A stretch of 64,000 bases of DNA, taken from positions 1-64,000 of the forward strand of contig JAUCBJ010004767.1 in the NCBI GenBank assembly GCA_032718475.1, given 5' to 3'. Positions 34,468 to 47,877 of the stretch are shown piece by piece (position 1 is the stretch's first letter; each line of letters opens with the position of its first letter). The position numbers and the translations under genes are program-made. The notes below the pieces were generated by a model. It made no database searches. It saw only the letters and a program-made list of their open reading frames with translations, and was not told where the DNA came from. The DNA is from Nemertoderma westbladi (taxonomy: Eukaryota > Animalia > Xenacoelomorpha).

Positions 34468-35659
34468 TGTAAAAGCTTTTGTGGGATAACTGATTCGTTT
34501 GCTTTGCTAACCAGTTCCCCCCAAGGCGCTGGAATACTCTAAAAGGGATCTCTAGCTCGAATAGTGCAAGCTACCGGCTGATTGGCTGATTTGCTGTACG
34601 AAGGGATCTGGGCTATGTTCGATCGTCCAACCAGCTTGGGAAGGTTGCCCCACAGCCCTGCTTTCTGTACCTGCCAATAGGATTTGAGTTGGTTTGGATT
34701 TCGACCTATCACAGATCTACTGAACTGAATTTTCCTATCTGTATGCTCATTCTCTGTGGTGGGTGGAAGCCTTTGTAAATAAGGTTATTCTTATCAGTTT
34801 TTAGTGTGTTATCATTCAGTCCTGAGCCAAGGAAGAACGGCTTTGGAGTATTTTTGTGCTTTTCTGCTTTAGCCTTACACTAGTAGGCTTAATTATAAGG
34901 ACATATATCCGTTATCAAACCAACTGGGTAACTCAATGTTATCTGCACTGGTTAACACTAGTTAACTGGCCCATACTGTGCAACTTAACTTAACATTACT
35001 GCTTTGCTGTCGGTTATTCATTATATTTGTTGATGAATTATTATATTTGGAATAACGAGAAATAATCCCGAAACCCAATATTCTTGATATACCGAAGGTA
35101 AGAGAGAAGGGTTACATATAACAATTGTGACTTATGTTAAAGTGGTTTGAAGTGAATCTAATGTTATTTGATAGACCCTACATGAGTCGGTCTGTGTTCC
35201 TTTTATATGTGACTAAAATCAGTGAAGATCGGCAGATTAGTGTGCAGTATTGTGCAGCATTGTGTATGAGTGAGACTGATAACGAAGCATTTCCTAAAGA
35301 ATGCGCCATATATGTGAATTGTAACTAAGCCATATCGTTGTGAGTAGTTTAAGTCATAACTCTGTTTATATAGATAGAGCGCCACGTCCTAAAGGAACTG
35401 TTAATATTTCCCGAAGGTGAATAATATTGTCAGAGATTATATAATACTGTCAGTCGAATAATACATTAGGCTTACATAGCAATACGATTAAGCTGTCGAA
35501 ATCAATCTCCCGGGTATATCCAACGGGTGAATGATCGCGCACAGATTAGTTTCAACTAGTGTAGTGAATCAAATACTTGTTAGAGGCTAAAGCGATTTAT
35601 TATCTAGAAGACATCCTAATTTGGCGGGTTAAACTGCCAAAGGTCTGAAAGCGCGAACA
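34468..35659 (+). repeat. Element A 3' LTR (1192 bp, TG...CA)
   Basis: Follows the PPT-like tract; starts TGTAAAAGC and ends GCGCGAACA like the C LTR; the 3' about 700 bp align with the C LTR. Confidence 0.88.
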
Positions 35660-35989
35660 TATGGCGAAACACTTTAACATGCCCCATACAGCCATATCTG
35701 CCTGCATATTGCTCTATTGCCCTGATTGCCAGCTGGATACAGCGAAGTTTATTACTTTATTATACCCAGACGATGAAGGAAGATGGGAAGGTGGGTGGGA
35801 AGGTGGGAGGGAATCAATAAACGATGTTGTTACATTCCAATTGAAGGAAAAGAGTAGGTTACAGCGACGGCAATTTCTAACCAAAACAATAAACGATGTT
35901 GTTGACAATTTTCACCCACCGCCGAAAAATACAAGTTTCAGAATTCTTATGCAATTTTTACATATTCCATTGAATTCAGAACCCTCATA

Positions 35990-36192
35990 AATGCTGACAT
36001 GGGCAGAAACTCCAGTACTCATTTAGCTACCATTTAAGGATACAAGAGATGCCTCGCGCCGAACCCTTCACTTCAAAGCATTCGTGACGAGACGAAAACT
36101 ACCATGGCCCCCATGCTGCCATGCCGGGGTTGAACCCACACCACAACCTCCGTGAGATGTGAATTCAATATAACCACTACACCAAGGTGGGC
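35990..36192 (-). mobile_element. tRNA-derived SINE-like element
   Basis: Minus strand has A box TGGTGTAGTGG and B box GGTTCAACCCC followed by a non-tRNA body. 3' boundary approximate. Confidence 0.6.
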
Positions 36193-36213
36193 TCTGAACC
36201 AAGGTGGAACAAG

Positions 36214-37268
36214 ACGAGGCGTTAAAGTCTATACAAATCAATCCAGGTTTCAGCCAATCACAAAGGAGATGACGTAGGCCTATTACAACCGAATGTGGAT
36301 TGATTTGTATGGGCTTTAATGACCACCCACGTTCTGTTAGAATCTATGCATTTCAATTTTTTTACTCATAATTTAAATTATAAGTTCAAGTCAACTGTAT
36401 AGGCTATATGAAAGGATATGAAAAATCTTTGTTAGACACTCTCATACTTGTTCTACATTATTATAATTATAGATACATATGTTATGATTATAGTAAATTA
36501 ACAGGTTAATCATACAGTAGCAAACCATTATCTGAAAGCCGCAGAACATTTAATCATACGTACAGTATAAAATGTACAGTCAGATACAGTCAGTAATGCG
36601 TAATCATGATCGCGGCCCGGTCCAATTACAACCGGCTGCAATCGATTGAGATATGCAGACATACTATTTTGTTCCATGTTAGTCGGTCTTAGGTATTTCT
36701 TCTTTTTTCTAATTTGTTTTTTTCGCGTTGTGTACAATTGCCGTCGGATTGAGGAAATTCGGCGGTTCTGGGTGATAATTCGTTTATTATTAGGCGACTT
36801 TGTGAGTAGTGGTAATCGATGTGTTAAGGATTTTATAATGTTGTCAATGGCATTGTGAGCCATTATAATTTATTGCTGTGCGTAATTTTCGGGTTGTGCA
36901 ATAAAGCATTCAGTTTGTTCAGACGAGGCAGGGGGTACCCTACCTCCTTAGACGTAGACATGGCGGAGGTAGCCTCCCAGAACTGTTTAGGGATTCCAGA
37001 ATCTTCTTAGACCATCTTCCATCTAAGACCAGAAATTTCAGAAATTTAAGACCGTTCTAAGACCATCTTACTTACTTTAGTACTATTATGGGAAATAGTA
37101 GTGGGAAAGCAGTATTTAAATGAAAATAATTGAAATGTATAGATTCTAACAGGGGTGGTCATTAAAGTCTATACAAATCAATCCACATTCATTTGTAATA
37201 GGCCCTACGTCATCTCCTTTGTGATTGGCTGAAACCCGGATTGATTTGTATAGACTTTAACGCCTCTT
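36214..37268. mobile_element. Non-autonomous Mutator-like DNA transposon
   Basis: About 140-bp TIRs (GAGGCGTTAAAGTCTATACAAATCAATCC...) and a 9-bp TSD TGGAACAAG at 36205-36213 and 37269-37277. Confidence 0.85.
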
Positions 37269-37381
37269 TGGAACAAGTGTCAGATACAGTCAGATCAGAT
37301 CAGATAACAGGATACTGGGATAAGGACAGACGTTTTAGCCATCCTAGTTTTGATGGAGTAACTTTTTCAAAATAACACCAG

Positions 37382-38557
37382 TGTAAAGGCTTTTGCGTAA
37401 TTAGCCGGTTATTTTCCCCGTGAAGTACTCTGTAGTTGGTTTACCAGGCATAAAAGGGCCGTGTCCTTACTGTACTGGTGTTTTAGAGGACATAAAAGTA
37501 ATTTCTTCTGTATGTGTACTTTAGCGGACATAATCCGCAATTCCATGACGCAAAAGCCGAAATACTCTTGGAACAGTGTAGTTACTAAGACGACAGCTAA
37601 TAGCTGAGCTGTACACGTGGAGCCTCTGCACGGAGCCTTGGTTCTTTGTTCTGCTCAGCTCAAATGACGACATCTATCAGCTGTGTCCACGTCAGTTCGA
37701 CCAATCAGAGATTTTCCCTTTGTGTAAAAGCTGTACAGCAGAATCCCATGATTCAGTACTGACGTTTCCCCCACGCCTAAGAACACCGGCCGTGGAATGT
37801 TTTCTAACATTAGAGCGTCTTTAATTATAAGATCATCAAACTGTTATCTTGGTCAACTTGGTTAAGTACACTTGCATTATTTACTGCTATTTACTGTGTT
37901 GTTAATTGTATCATTCGTTTGCATATTATTAATTGGAGAATATTGATAAACGATCAGAAACCCCAATCTTCTTGATACACTAAGGTTAGAGAGACCGGTT
38001 ACATATAACAATTTGCGACATACATTATCGTGGTTTGTAATGAGTTCAATGCTACTTAATAGGCCCTACAAATGTCGGTTGTTGTTCTCTTTATATATGA
38101 TTAAAATCAGTGAATATCGGCAATTCAATGTGCAGTTGTGTGCAATAGTCTGTGTGTGTTTGACCGAGTAACAAAGCATTTCCTAAAGAATGCACTTTGG
38201 TGATCTATAAGACATACCGTTGTGTATAGTGTAAGTCATAGCTCTGTTTAAATAGATAGAGCGCCACGTCCTAAAGGAACTGCTAATATTTCCCGAAAGT
38301 GAATAATATTCGTCAGAGATTATATATTAACGATCAATCGAATAGTACGGTAGGCCTGCACCACAATCAAATTAAAGCATCCAAATCCAGTCTCCCGGGT
38401 ATATCCAGCGGGTGAATGGTCACGCACAGACTGGCTTTGGCTAATGTTAGAATTATTATAGGTGTTCAATACTTGTCATAGGCTGGAGTAGATTTATAAC
38501 CTAGAAGACATATCGATTTGGCGGGTTAAACTGCCAAAGGTCTTAAAAGCGCGAACA
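37382..38557 (+). repeat. Element C 5' LTR
   Basis: Direct repeat of 47878-49053. Confidence 0.96.
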
Positions 38558-38568
38558 ATAACAGTTTG
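38558..38568 (+). promoter_or_regulatory. Element C primer-binding position, complementary to its own LTR
   Basis: ATAACAGTTTG abuts the LTR. CAAACTGTTAT occurs at 37837-37847 and 48333-48343. Confidence 0.8.
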
Positions 38569-38919
38569 TAAATTCTTGATTGCAGTGTAGGCAATAAATA
38601 CAGTTTAATATTGTTCTGGTAAGAACAATAACAGTTTGAAGGATCTTGATTGCGGCGTAAGCGATCAAGACTAAAGTACCGGTCGACCGGTAACCAGTAG
38701 GCCTGACTGCCTGATCATCAAGACCGGTACTTACAACAGTACAGGTACAACAGTATTATTCGATTTTGATAATTATATACCGGTAGGTCTTGATATTAAA
38801 TCTGGGACTGCAGCCCTGGTTTTTTATTGGGATTTTTACTTATTTCTGTCAGTTTTATTTACTAGTAGGCTAATATTGAGCAGAAGGCGTGTAACCCTGC
38901 TCAGATTGTTCAGATAATT

Positions 38920-39460
38920 GTAGGCTGGACTGTTGTCTGACTGTTGATTGGGTCTGGAGAGATTGCGGCGTGTGTAGAGTCTGTCCGATAAAGTGCCAGT
39001 TAGTAAGTTGGGGCATCTTGAGCTGTAAGGTCAATCCCCACCTAAAGAATAAGTCGTACTACTGTGTTAGAACGCATACTAACTAACCATTTTGGAATCT
39101 GCATATACTGTAGTTTATTTAGGCTTGATAGTAGTCTGCCAGCGTTTTGGCCTGTGTTTGTTTGTGTGGTCTGTTCAGGTACCGTAATAGTTATTACTCA
39201 GATATTTTGTAGGCTGGATTGTTGTCTAGCTATTATTAGGTCTGAAGAGATTGCTGCGTGTGTAGAGTCTGTCCGATAAAGTGCCAGTTAGTAAGTTGGG
39301 GCATCTTGAGTTGTAAGGTCAACCCCCTCCTAAAGAATAAGTCGTACTACCGTGTTAGAACGCATACTAACTAACCATTTTGGAATCTGCACATACTGTA
39401 GTTTATTTAGGCTTGATGGTAGTCTGCCAGCGTTTGGTTTGTATTTTGTTTGAGTATTCT
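38920..39460. repeat. About 288-bp tandem duplication in the element C leader
   Basis: Two copies of tgtaggctgga...gtgtgtagagtctgtccgataaagtgccagttagtaagttggggcatcttgag...tctgccagcgttt. Confidence 0.9.
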
Positions 39461-40811
39461 GTACGGGTAGCGTAATATTTATTATTCAGAGTTTATGCGA
39501 TTATTCGCAACATTCATATCCCTAAGTTTATTCCTACAGTAATTGTGCTTGTTATATATACCGTTATAGTTAAATTAACCCCGGTACTACACGGGCTGCT
39601 TGGCGTAGGTAAAGACTGGTGATTTTGTGCACCGGTCACTCCAGCAGATGCCGTGGTTCTTTTAGCTGTTCAAGTATTTTTAACTACTGATTATTTGTTG
39701 TACCAGTACTTGTACCTAATTTAGGGTTTAGTGTACAGTGCTTTCCGAGGGTAATTAGTGTGTAGGCAGTATATTTGTGTTGTAAAGTGGTTAATAGGCA
39801 CGTTGGTTCTGGTAGACCGCGGTAATTAACTTCTAGGTAGGGACACTCCGTGATACATAACGTAGTACCTATAGCGATACGGCTATAGGTCGTCAGACGG
39901 TGGTATTTTCCTATCTGGACAACACAGTGTATTTACTACTACTTATTATTTTCAAATACCGTAGTATCCTGTCCGTTGTAATAACCAGAAAATCTAACCC
40001 TCTGTTAGACTGGTTTGTAGTTCCCTGTAAAATTACCCTAAAATTTCGTACGTAATATTTTGTTGTGTTTAATTAGAGATTTAATCTCACCCGTATCGTA
40101 AGTAATTCGTAGATAAGTAACTTAGGAAGTAGGATTATTTGTATTAGTGTCCAATAAGTAGCACTTCACTGAGAGCGTACAGCTTCGGTGTAGTGACTCC
40201 TTCCCAGAAATAATAACATCTATTTCAATATTGTAACAAAAACCCCTCATACGGGTATATATAACATAAATCAATCCAAATCTATTAATAAAATAGTAGG
40301 CCTGTCATACAATCCTTAGGTCTTAATATCAGTTGGACTACTGCTCAAATAACGGTAATAAAGTAAGTAAAGTAACCAAGTAACCCCTAACATTCAGAAA
40401 TTCAATTATTTTAAAATAATTGACATACCAGTATTTACAATAGGCTTATTATATTTATTCTATAAATTTAGGCTGAAATCATACCGGTATTCTGTATTTA
40501 ATTCTAGTCTGTAATAATTATACTTATATATACTATAAGTGTCAGCTGTATACCGGTATTCACGATAGGCCTATTATATATTTATATATATTTGTGCTAA
40601 AATTATATACCGGTACTCTGTGACAAATCTAGTCTGTAATAATACTTATATATATACTATAAGCATACCGGTATTCTAATATATTATATATATATCACGC
40701 TACACTGAGTAGCAGTATTGGTAATTAATTATTAGGCTAACAGTGATACTGAATTGCTAGACTTACTTTAACTGTATTTATAGCCGTAGGCATTCAACTG
40801 TGTAAACAAAC

Positions 40812-43800
40812 ATGTCAGACGCAACCCAATCACTGTCAGATAGTCTCTTAGAAAGTGTTAGAATGAGTATTAGACTTAGACAGCGTATTAAAAGGATCTG
40901 TGACCAAGATCCAAGTATAGAACATCCTAGATCCAAGTCTAAGTCACCTACTATTGTAAAAAAGGCCATCCCTACAGTAGTAGTGTCAGACCCTAGGCTA
41001 GTAGAACAACGTAGGTCTATCATCGGCACTCGGGCCCAAGTCAAGCGGGATCAAGAAGCAGCTATCAAACAGCAGCAACCTCCTAGCCAAGAACCTAGTT
41101 CTCAGTGGCCCGATAGCTCCAGTAGTTCGGATACTGTTGAGCGGATGCCAGAACTCAGAGCGAAGATGGCGGATACGGTTTATGATGAGCGGCCAACCTT
41201 TGAAGAATCAACCGACGCCACTTCTTCTCAAGAAGAAAGCGAAGTGACAGCGGGGGAGCCGCGAAAGAGAGACGCTATTGATATTTATCTGTCAGACTAT
41301 CAGCGATTCCTAGGAGACGAAGAGTTGAGGAGACGACTGTCTGGACTTCGCCCTAATAGTGAAGGAACCAAGCTTGTGTTGGACGCAATCGATGCGGAAA
41401 TGTTAGCTGCAAACCAAGCTAAATTTGATGAAAAACTCCGCCTCGCTAGAGTCCAGGAAGAACAAGTAAAGAAAAGACGGATAGAGGACCGAAAGGCAGC
41501 AGCAGTAGCAGCGGCAATGGCAGAAGCAGAATCAGCAAAAGCAGCAGCAGCAAAGGCAGTGGCAGAAGCAGAACAGAGAGCGTCTGAGGAGACTACCCAA
41601 CTGGAGTTGGAAAATCTGCAAGAGACGCAAGACTGCATAAATAAACAGTTAGCTGCTAGTCAAATGCAGATGATGAGTCGATCTACTCCCAAACGCCAAG
41701 AATACACAACATCGGAAGAAGGCGAGACCACCGATCCTGAAGGCGGAGGAAATAGATCTCGTCTAAGCAGGCGTAGAAAAACATCTCACCGTCACAAATT
41801 GCCTGATTTGCCCCCAGCTGTTAGAAGACAACTAGCTAGCACAGATTTAAGTAGTACAGAACCCACAGACCAAATTATTAAGGTCAAAAGACTCCCTACG
41901 ATAGTCGATGAGCTTGAAATAATTAGGCCTGTCGTTCCCAAAGCCACTCCAGTGCTAGAGACCCCTGTACTTCCAGAGCTTAACTCTAAATCCCCTTTAC
42001 ACAGTACTACACTGCCTGTACCCGGTAGAACAGTCCATGAGAATATCCCTGTCCTGGACGCTGAGAGAGAAATCAAAGATTTGTCTCCCGTCGTCCCGCG
42101 TCTGCCCGCTACAATGTTGGTGACTCCCGCTTCGGCGGTCGAGTGGGTAGAGGAGGGACGGCGGGGGATGAACCTCCTGCTCGGACAGATGCAGGAGACT
42201 GTCCACCAACTCAAGGGAACATTAAGGGAAAGTAGGGTAGAATTGCAAGAAGTGCAGCAAAGCATCGCGCTAGAACGCGACAAATTAGTCAATATACAAA
42301 AGGGTATACCAATACCCCCTGTAACATTGTGTCAACCTGTTAGGTCTGAAGTATTACATGCGCAAGGTGTGGAGCCTACACGCATCTATACTGCTAGTGA
42401 AGTAGAAACTCCTATAGCAAACCCTATTAAGGGTGATTATGAACCTGTTGTTAATGATATTCCCTATAGACCTGATAATAATCCGAGAAATCTATATACC
42501 GATAATTCGATATTAAATAATACGATGGCCCAAGAAAGCTTTACGCGTCAGATGGCTAGAACAGAAGCCCGCCAAGCGGTCAAAGTGGGAGAAATCGTCA
42601 AATTCAATGGAGATGAGATGAAATGGTTACCTTTCAATGAATATTACAAAGATAGCATACAGAACTCTGTACTATCTAACGGAGAGAAACTTAGATTTCT
42701 CATCAAGTGCTTGGAAGGACCTCCCAAGTTAATGGTGTTAAAGTTTATTGGACATCCAGATGGATTAAGACAAGTTTGGGATACATTAAACATCAGGTAT
42801 GGTAACAAGGATAATATAGCTAAGTATTTGTATGCAAAATTAGTAGCCCCCTGAAAGTTCCTTAGTAGCGGGATTATAGAGTTTTCCGATGAGATTCAGG
42901 AGATCTGTAGACAATTGGATTGGTTAGGTAAGTCTCATGAATATCAGAGTTCCATGGTTATTGGAGCCGTAGTCTCTACTTTACCAAAGGGTGGAGTATG
43001 TACACGCTGGGACAAGAAAGTGTTGTATATGAATGAGCAGCAACGACGAGGCCCTACCATGGCTGATCCCATGTCCTTCTTAGATAGTGAAGTAAAATTA
43101 CAACTCATAAAGCAGTCCAGAGAGAAAACATTGGAAAATAAGGTAAGTGAGAAACCCGTTTCTAGGAGAAGGGTAACACCAGTGTGTTATACTGACGACG
43201 GCGAAAGCCAAGCTTCTCAAGAAGAGGACAGCGGGAAAGACACAGCAAAATCTTACTATGACAACAAGACCTATAAAGACGTAAGTAAATATAAGTCTCG
43301 AACCAGTGACAGGAGAGAACAGGTAACAACAACTCCTCCTACGTCTCCTAAGAGAATTCACGGAAGAAAGCCCAAAGAAAGAACGAGAGTGCATAACGTT
43401 ACCCAAGGTAAAGTGAGTAACATCAAACCAAAATGTGCGCTGTGCGACGGGCCCCAACGTTTGAGTGTGTGTGCTGAATTCCTAAAGAAATCCCTGGTAG
43501 ACAGACGTGAAGTCATGTGGGATAAGCGGTTATGCTATAATTGCCTCAGACAAGGACACCAACGGCGAACCTGTTACTCCGACGTAAAGTGTGCAAAGTG
43601 CGGTGCGAAACATCACATCTTGTTACACAGTGAATTCGAACGAAACAACCCGAGTCAGGTAAGTGAGCCCGAACTACATGTCCAATTCAGTGATGTAAAT
43701 GACACTGATCAAGAATCTGAGATGGAAGGATTCTATACGGACGAATTCTCCGACGCCAACGAATCCTGTTACCTAATAAATACCGCAGTGTATCGAGCAC

Positions 43801-44867
43801 TTACGTATGAAAAGGACACCGACAATGAGTTCCCCCCAACTACCTTTGACAGACAACCATCTTGGAAACCTCCAACTTCCAATGTAGGAATCAGAGAATT
43901 TCCTGTGGTGCAGGTAAGAGTTCACGGTCTTAACAAAAGTTACATAGTGAACGCCCTCCTTGACTCCGGCAGCACAGGAACATTCATCGATCAAGAACTA
44001 GCCGAAGATATCTTTGCTGGACAACCCAAATTCCAAACTAAGTTGAATATGTCCGGAATTATGCAGGTTTGGAAATCTACCATAACGGCAGATTACTTTG
44101 TAGGTGTGTTGTCCACCCCCCAGGATAAATTAGGAGAACAAAGTATAAGGTCAGTGAAAATGGTGGCTATAAAGAACTTCGCTACTACCCAAGTAGAACC
44201 TTATAACTGGGACGAGGACGAGAGCATCCAGCAGCTTAAGATACCTCGATTCCACACAGATTATCCTGGAGTGCAAATACTCATCGGCCAAAACGCGCAT
44301 GATGCGCTAGAGACATTGGAGAAACGGCCTGCTCAACCACAGCCACTACAAACCTATGCGGTAAGAACTAGAGTAGGTTGGTACTTCACTGGCCCTTCCC
44401 GTATAACTCTCAAAGAGAGATTACCTCAAGAACAGGTATACCAGGTAAAGGAATGGGAAGTGGAGAGCAGTGAGGTGGACGACCCAACTGAGGGAACACC
44501 ATACTCCTCAGATAATGACGATATTAACTCCAATGTAGATCAATGGAGACATTGCCTTGGGACGATTAATCCAGCCGACATTGCTTCCAGAGGAGCAACT
44601 CCTCAAGAACTGATAGATACTCCAGGCTGGTTAGGTGGATCCAACTTCTTAAGTAAAGAAGAAGAAGAATGGCCTCCTCATCTTACCACGGCGGAGATTA
44701 GACAGGCCAAGGGAGCGGAGAAAGTAACACAACAACTCAATCGCCCAGCTGGTCGTTTATGTTTACTGGAAAGAGACCGAAAACTGTCCGGAAACTATGG
44801 AAGGCAAGATACTCTTCCTACGACCACTTCCCTAATCCGACAAATATCTAGGGACTCCATAACGTAA
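40812..44867 (+). pseudogene. Element C Gag-protease ORF (about 1350 codons) with one premature TGA at 42852-42854
   Basis: The 680-aa and 650-aa ORFs are in the same frame, and A has CGA at the stop. Same Gag knuckles, LLDSGS protease and the RNase H tail remnant WRHCLGTINPADIASRG. Confidence 0.9.
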
Positions 44868-47800
44868 TAACATATGGAGTGGGCGTGTGACTATATCATT
44901 TTATATTTGTTTTTTATTTTATATTTATGTATGTATTATTATGTAATTTTATTATAATCGTTTTCTTTAATTTTATTTAGTAGAATGTTATTTTAGTGAT
45001 TATTTAGTAGATTAGTGCAATATATTAGTGTTTATTACGTACGTAATTACTTATAATATATATTTAGTGCGACGGCGAGAAATAATTATTTTTCTCTTTC
45101 CTTACTGTCCGTATCATATTATAAATACGTGACTACAGTAAGATGAAATGTCCGTACTTATTAAAGTACAATAAAGCCACTACTATATTCAAGTATTATT
45201 GGTAGGCAGAGTATTAGGAATGCAAAGTTCAGATCCTCGTGTCTCGGCTAAACCAAGCTCTGGGTAGACCTTGGAAACGACTTGCCTCTTCACACTGACA
45301 TTGCTTCGTGCGATATTGCTCTCATACCATATATAATAATACATATAGTAGCGTGATGTCCCTCTAACAGTAGCGTGAAACGCAAATAAATCTGTTAAAC
45401 CTTTTGACCATCTGTAATTCTAGTCGATTAAGATATCGCGGCACCCACCGATATACTTGAAAGACAAATTCTAGAATCAGTGGTTAACGCCCCCAGACAA
45501 GTTCTGGAATAAATTGGTGCCCATCTCAAATATTAATTATTTAATATTTATAAATCTATAAATCAAAATCTGTAAAATTCAGATCCTTTAACAATTCTAG
45601 TCGATTAAGATATCGTAGCACTTACCGATACTCTTAAAAGACAATTTTCATAGAATTAAGGATCCTATGTCCCCAGACCTGTTCTGGAATCAAATTGTGT
45701 CAATTGCACTATCAAATAATAAAATTTCAGGGAATAAATTTGAATTCATATTTTAATGAATTTAATAAATTGTCATTCTGTGCAATTTATAACATTCCCA
45801 AAATCCCATTAATTAATAGATCACGGGAGCAGAGATTCATCCTATTAAGTGTGTTAGAGTGTGAGAATCTCCCATGTATGAGTCAATAGCTGATAAAATT
45901 TAAAAAATCATATATAAACGAGATATTGGACCATTAAAGAATTACTATTAAATAGCATCCCAGATCTGTATGCATTGGAATTACCCTAATTCTACCGCTA
46001 GCTTTCCATAATGTCACCATAGTAACACCCACGCTAGAATTAGAAGCAAGTTAAAAAGAACAATAGAAAGCTTGCCCCATTGCATAGTAAGAAATAAATA
46101 GCGCACTGCTAGTATCCAAGGATACATAATAATAACGTGGCATTCTGGAAGGCACTGACTAACGGACAAATGGCCCGAGTGTGTGTAATTTGTGACAGTT
46201 GTATGTGTGGAATTTGTGAGTTTATAGGCGAATGTTACTACTAAGGTGTGTTTACAGTAGCGAGTCGCAATTGTGAAAGTAACCCTAACTCTCCAGTAAG
46301 AACCTGAAGTGTATCTAAGCCTTTGGGACGGACAGTGGAGTGACTCGTGCTAGTGTCGTTGTCGTTGTGTAGCTACACGTTGGCGGAAAACACAGCGGCG
46401 ACGATACATTTGCGCTGAGGCTCTTACACTGTCCGGGGGCTGATTGGGGTAGGCAGCGACGCTCGCTAGCCTAATTATAAGCTCATTATAATATTAATAA
46501 ACTCATATATAGCAGATATAACGGAGTTGATAGAAGATGGTCTTGGTATCGGGGAGCGATATACTCTACCTTTACAAGTGTTTGTTGATAGCTTGATACG
46601 CGGCGATGCTAGTCCAACTACTACGAAGGACGATGGTCGTTATATCGAACCGAAGATTTCCTAGAAGCAACTTATGCGTGAATTGGACTATGGAAAATTC
46701 ACCGCTACATGCATCATAATAGTACGTATATGGACTTCTTAACCATTGGCCATTCTATCGATTCACACGATACGGACTATGTCGAACATATATCCTACCC
46801 AGCGGAGTCGGAACGATAAACTGAAATTCGAATGCGAAAATTCTATTCGAAATCGACTCGAAAGAAAAGACATTAGAGAGATAAATGGACGCGGTAACTC
46901 TAACGTATATTTGGAATTCTTGATAGAAGCATTGTAACAACAAATAAATATCATCTGCGTTCCCCCTACCAGACGTGCGTCTTTGGTATTATTACGATAA
47001 ATGCCCTAGACCCAACTAATAAACGGAAAGACATAAACATCCACGGAAACCAAAACTTGTTCAACATATCACCTACGCTCGCTCGACTCAGACGATCCTT
47101 GAGTAAACCTACGATCATAGTTCCGGAATACTCGGTCAGACCACCTCGTTCCTTGATTAGACCTCAGACTTTCGATTCTGATGGTATCCCGGATCCTCAC
47201 GAACTGTATTCACTGTTCAAAGATCTAGTGCTACCCTAACAATTAATCGGTAACACTCCGGCAGCGAGCTCTAGCTAGCCGCCCATCTTACCTAGCCGTA
47301 TTGGGACGCGGACACCTAATATCACCATTCAACCGTATGGTCGTCCCAGTTTAACGCGATACAACCCTTCATCAAGGTGAAGGAGAGCGTTGTACGAAAC
47401 GAGTTAAACGCTATTTTACAAAGATCAGAAAGGAAACCTGCGTTTGTTCAGATAAACGTAAGTTATAACAGCGAGTCCAAGCGGTAAACGAATTGGCTTT
47501 ATCTCAGTTCGATTGGGAAATCTTGAATCTCTAAGAAGATATCGAGCTTAGACAACCCTATTCACTGCGAGAGTTTTGGACGAGCGTGTCCAACGACAAG
47601 CGGAGGAAAATCAGCTCGAGGAGAAGCAGATCGAAATGGACGAGAAACTGACCGTAACCCTAAACCTTCTGATGCAATGGTATTGCACCCTTCACCCAGG
47701 AGTTACAGCCCTCCTAGTAAAGTGGCTCGCCCCAAAGAGAAAAGGACTCTTGCTAGCCTCAAAAAGCTGCGTAAACGCCGTCCGCGTAAGAAAGACTAAC

Positions 47801-47877
47801 TGTTTAGAGTATTTTTATATTTTAGAAACTGTGATTTGTTATATTTTATAGACTTAAATCCCATTTTCTGGGAGCGG

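Larger units (their letters stand above)
9937..35659 (+). mobile_element. Bel/Pao LTR retrotransposon A: non-autonomous (Gag-protease only), 5'-truncated, interrupted by element B
   Basis: Colinear with element C from ttagggtttagtgtacagtgc (9937; C 39721) to the PPT-like ttttctgggagcgg. 3' LTR runs TG...CA. 5' LTR and PBS are missing. Confidence 0.9.

Noticed and set aside
36105-36192. Functional tRNA gene or element-encoded tRNA primer
   Set aside because: A and B boxes are present but I could not build a good cloverleaf; it lies outside the LTR elements and does not match either PBS.
38270-38320. Hammerhead ribozyme (CTGACGA on the minus strand of the C LTR)
   Set aside because: No GAAA after stem II, and the core is not conserved in the A LTR.
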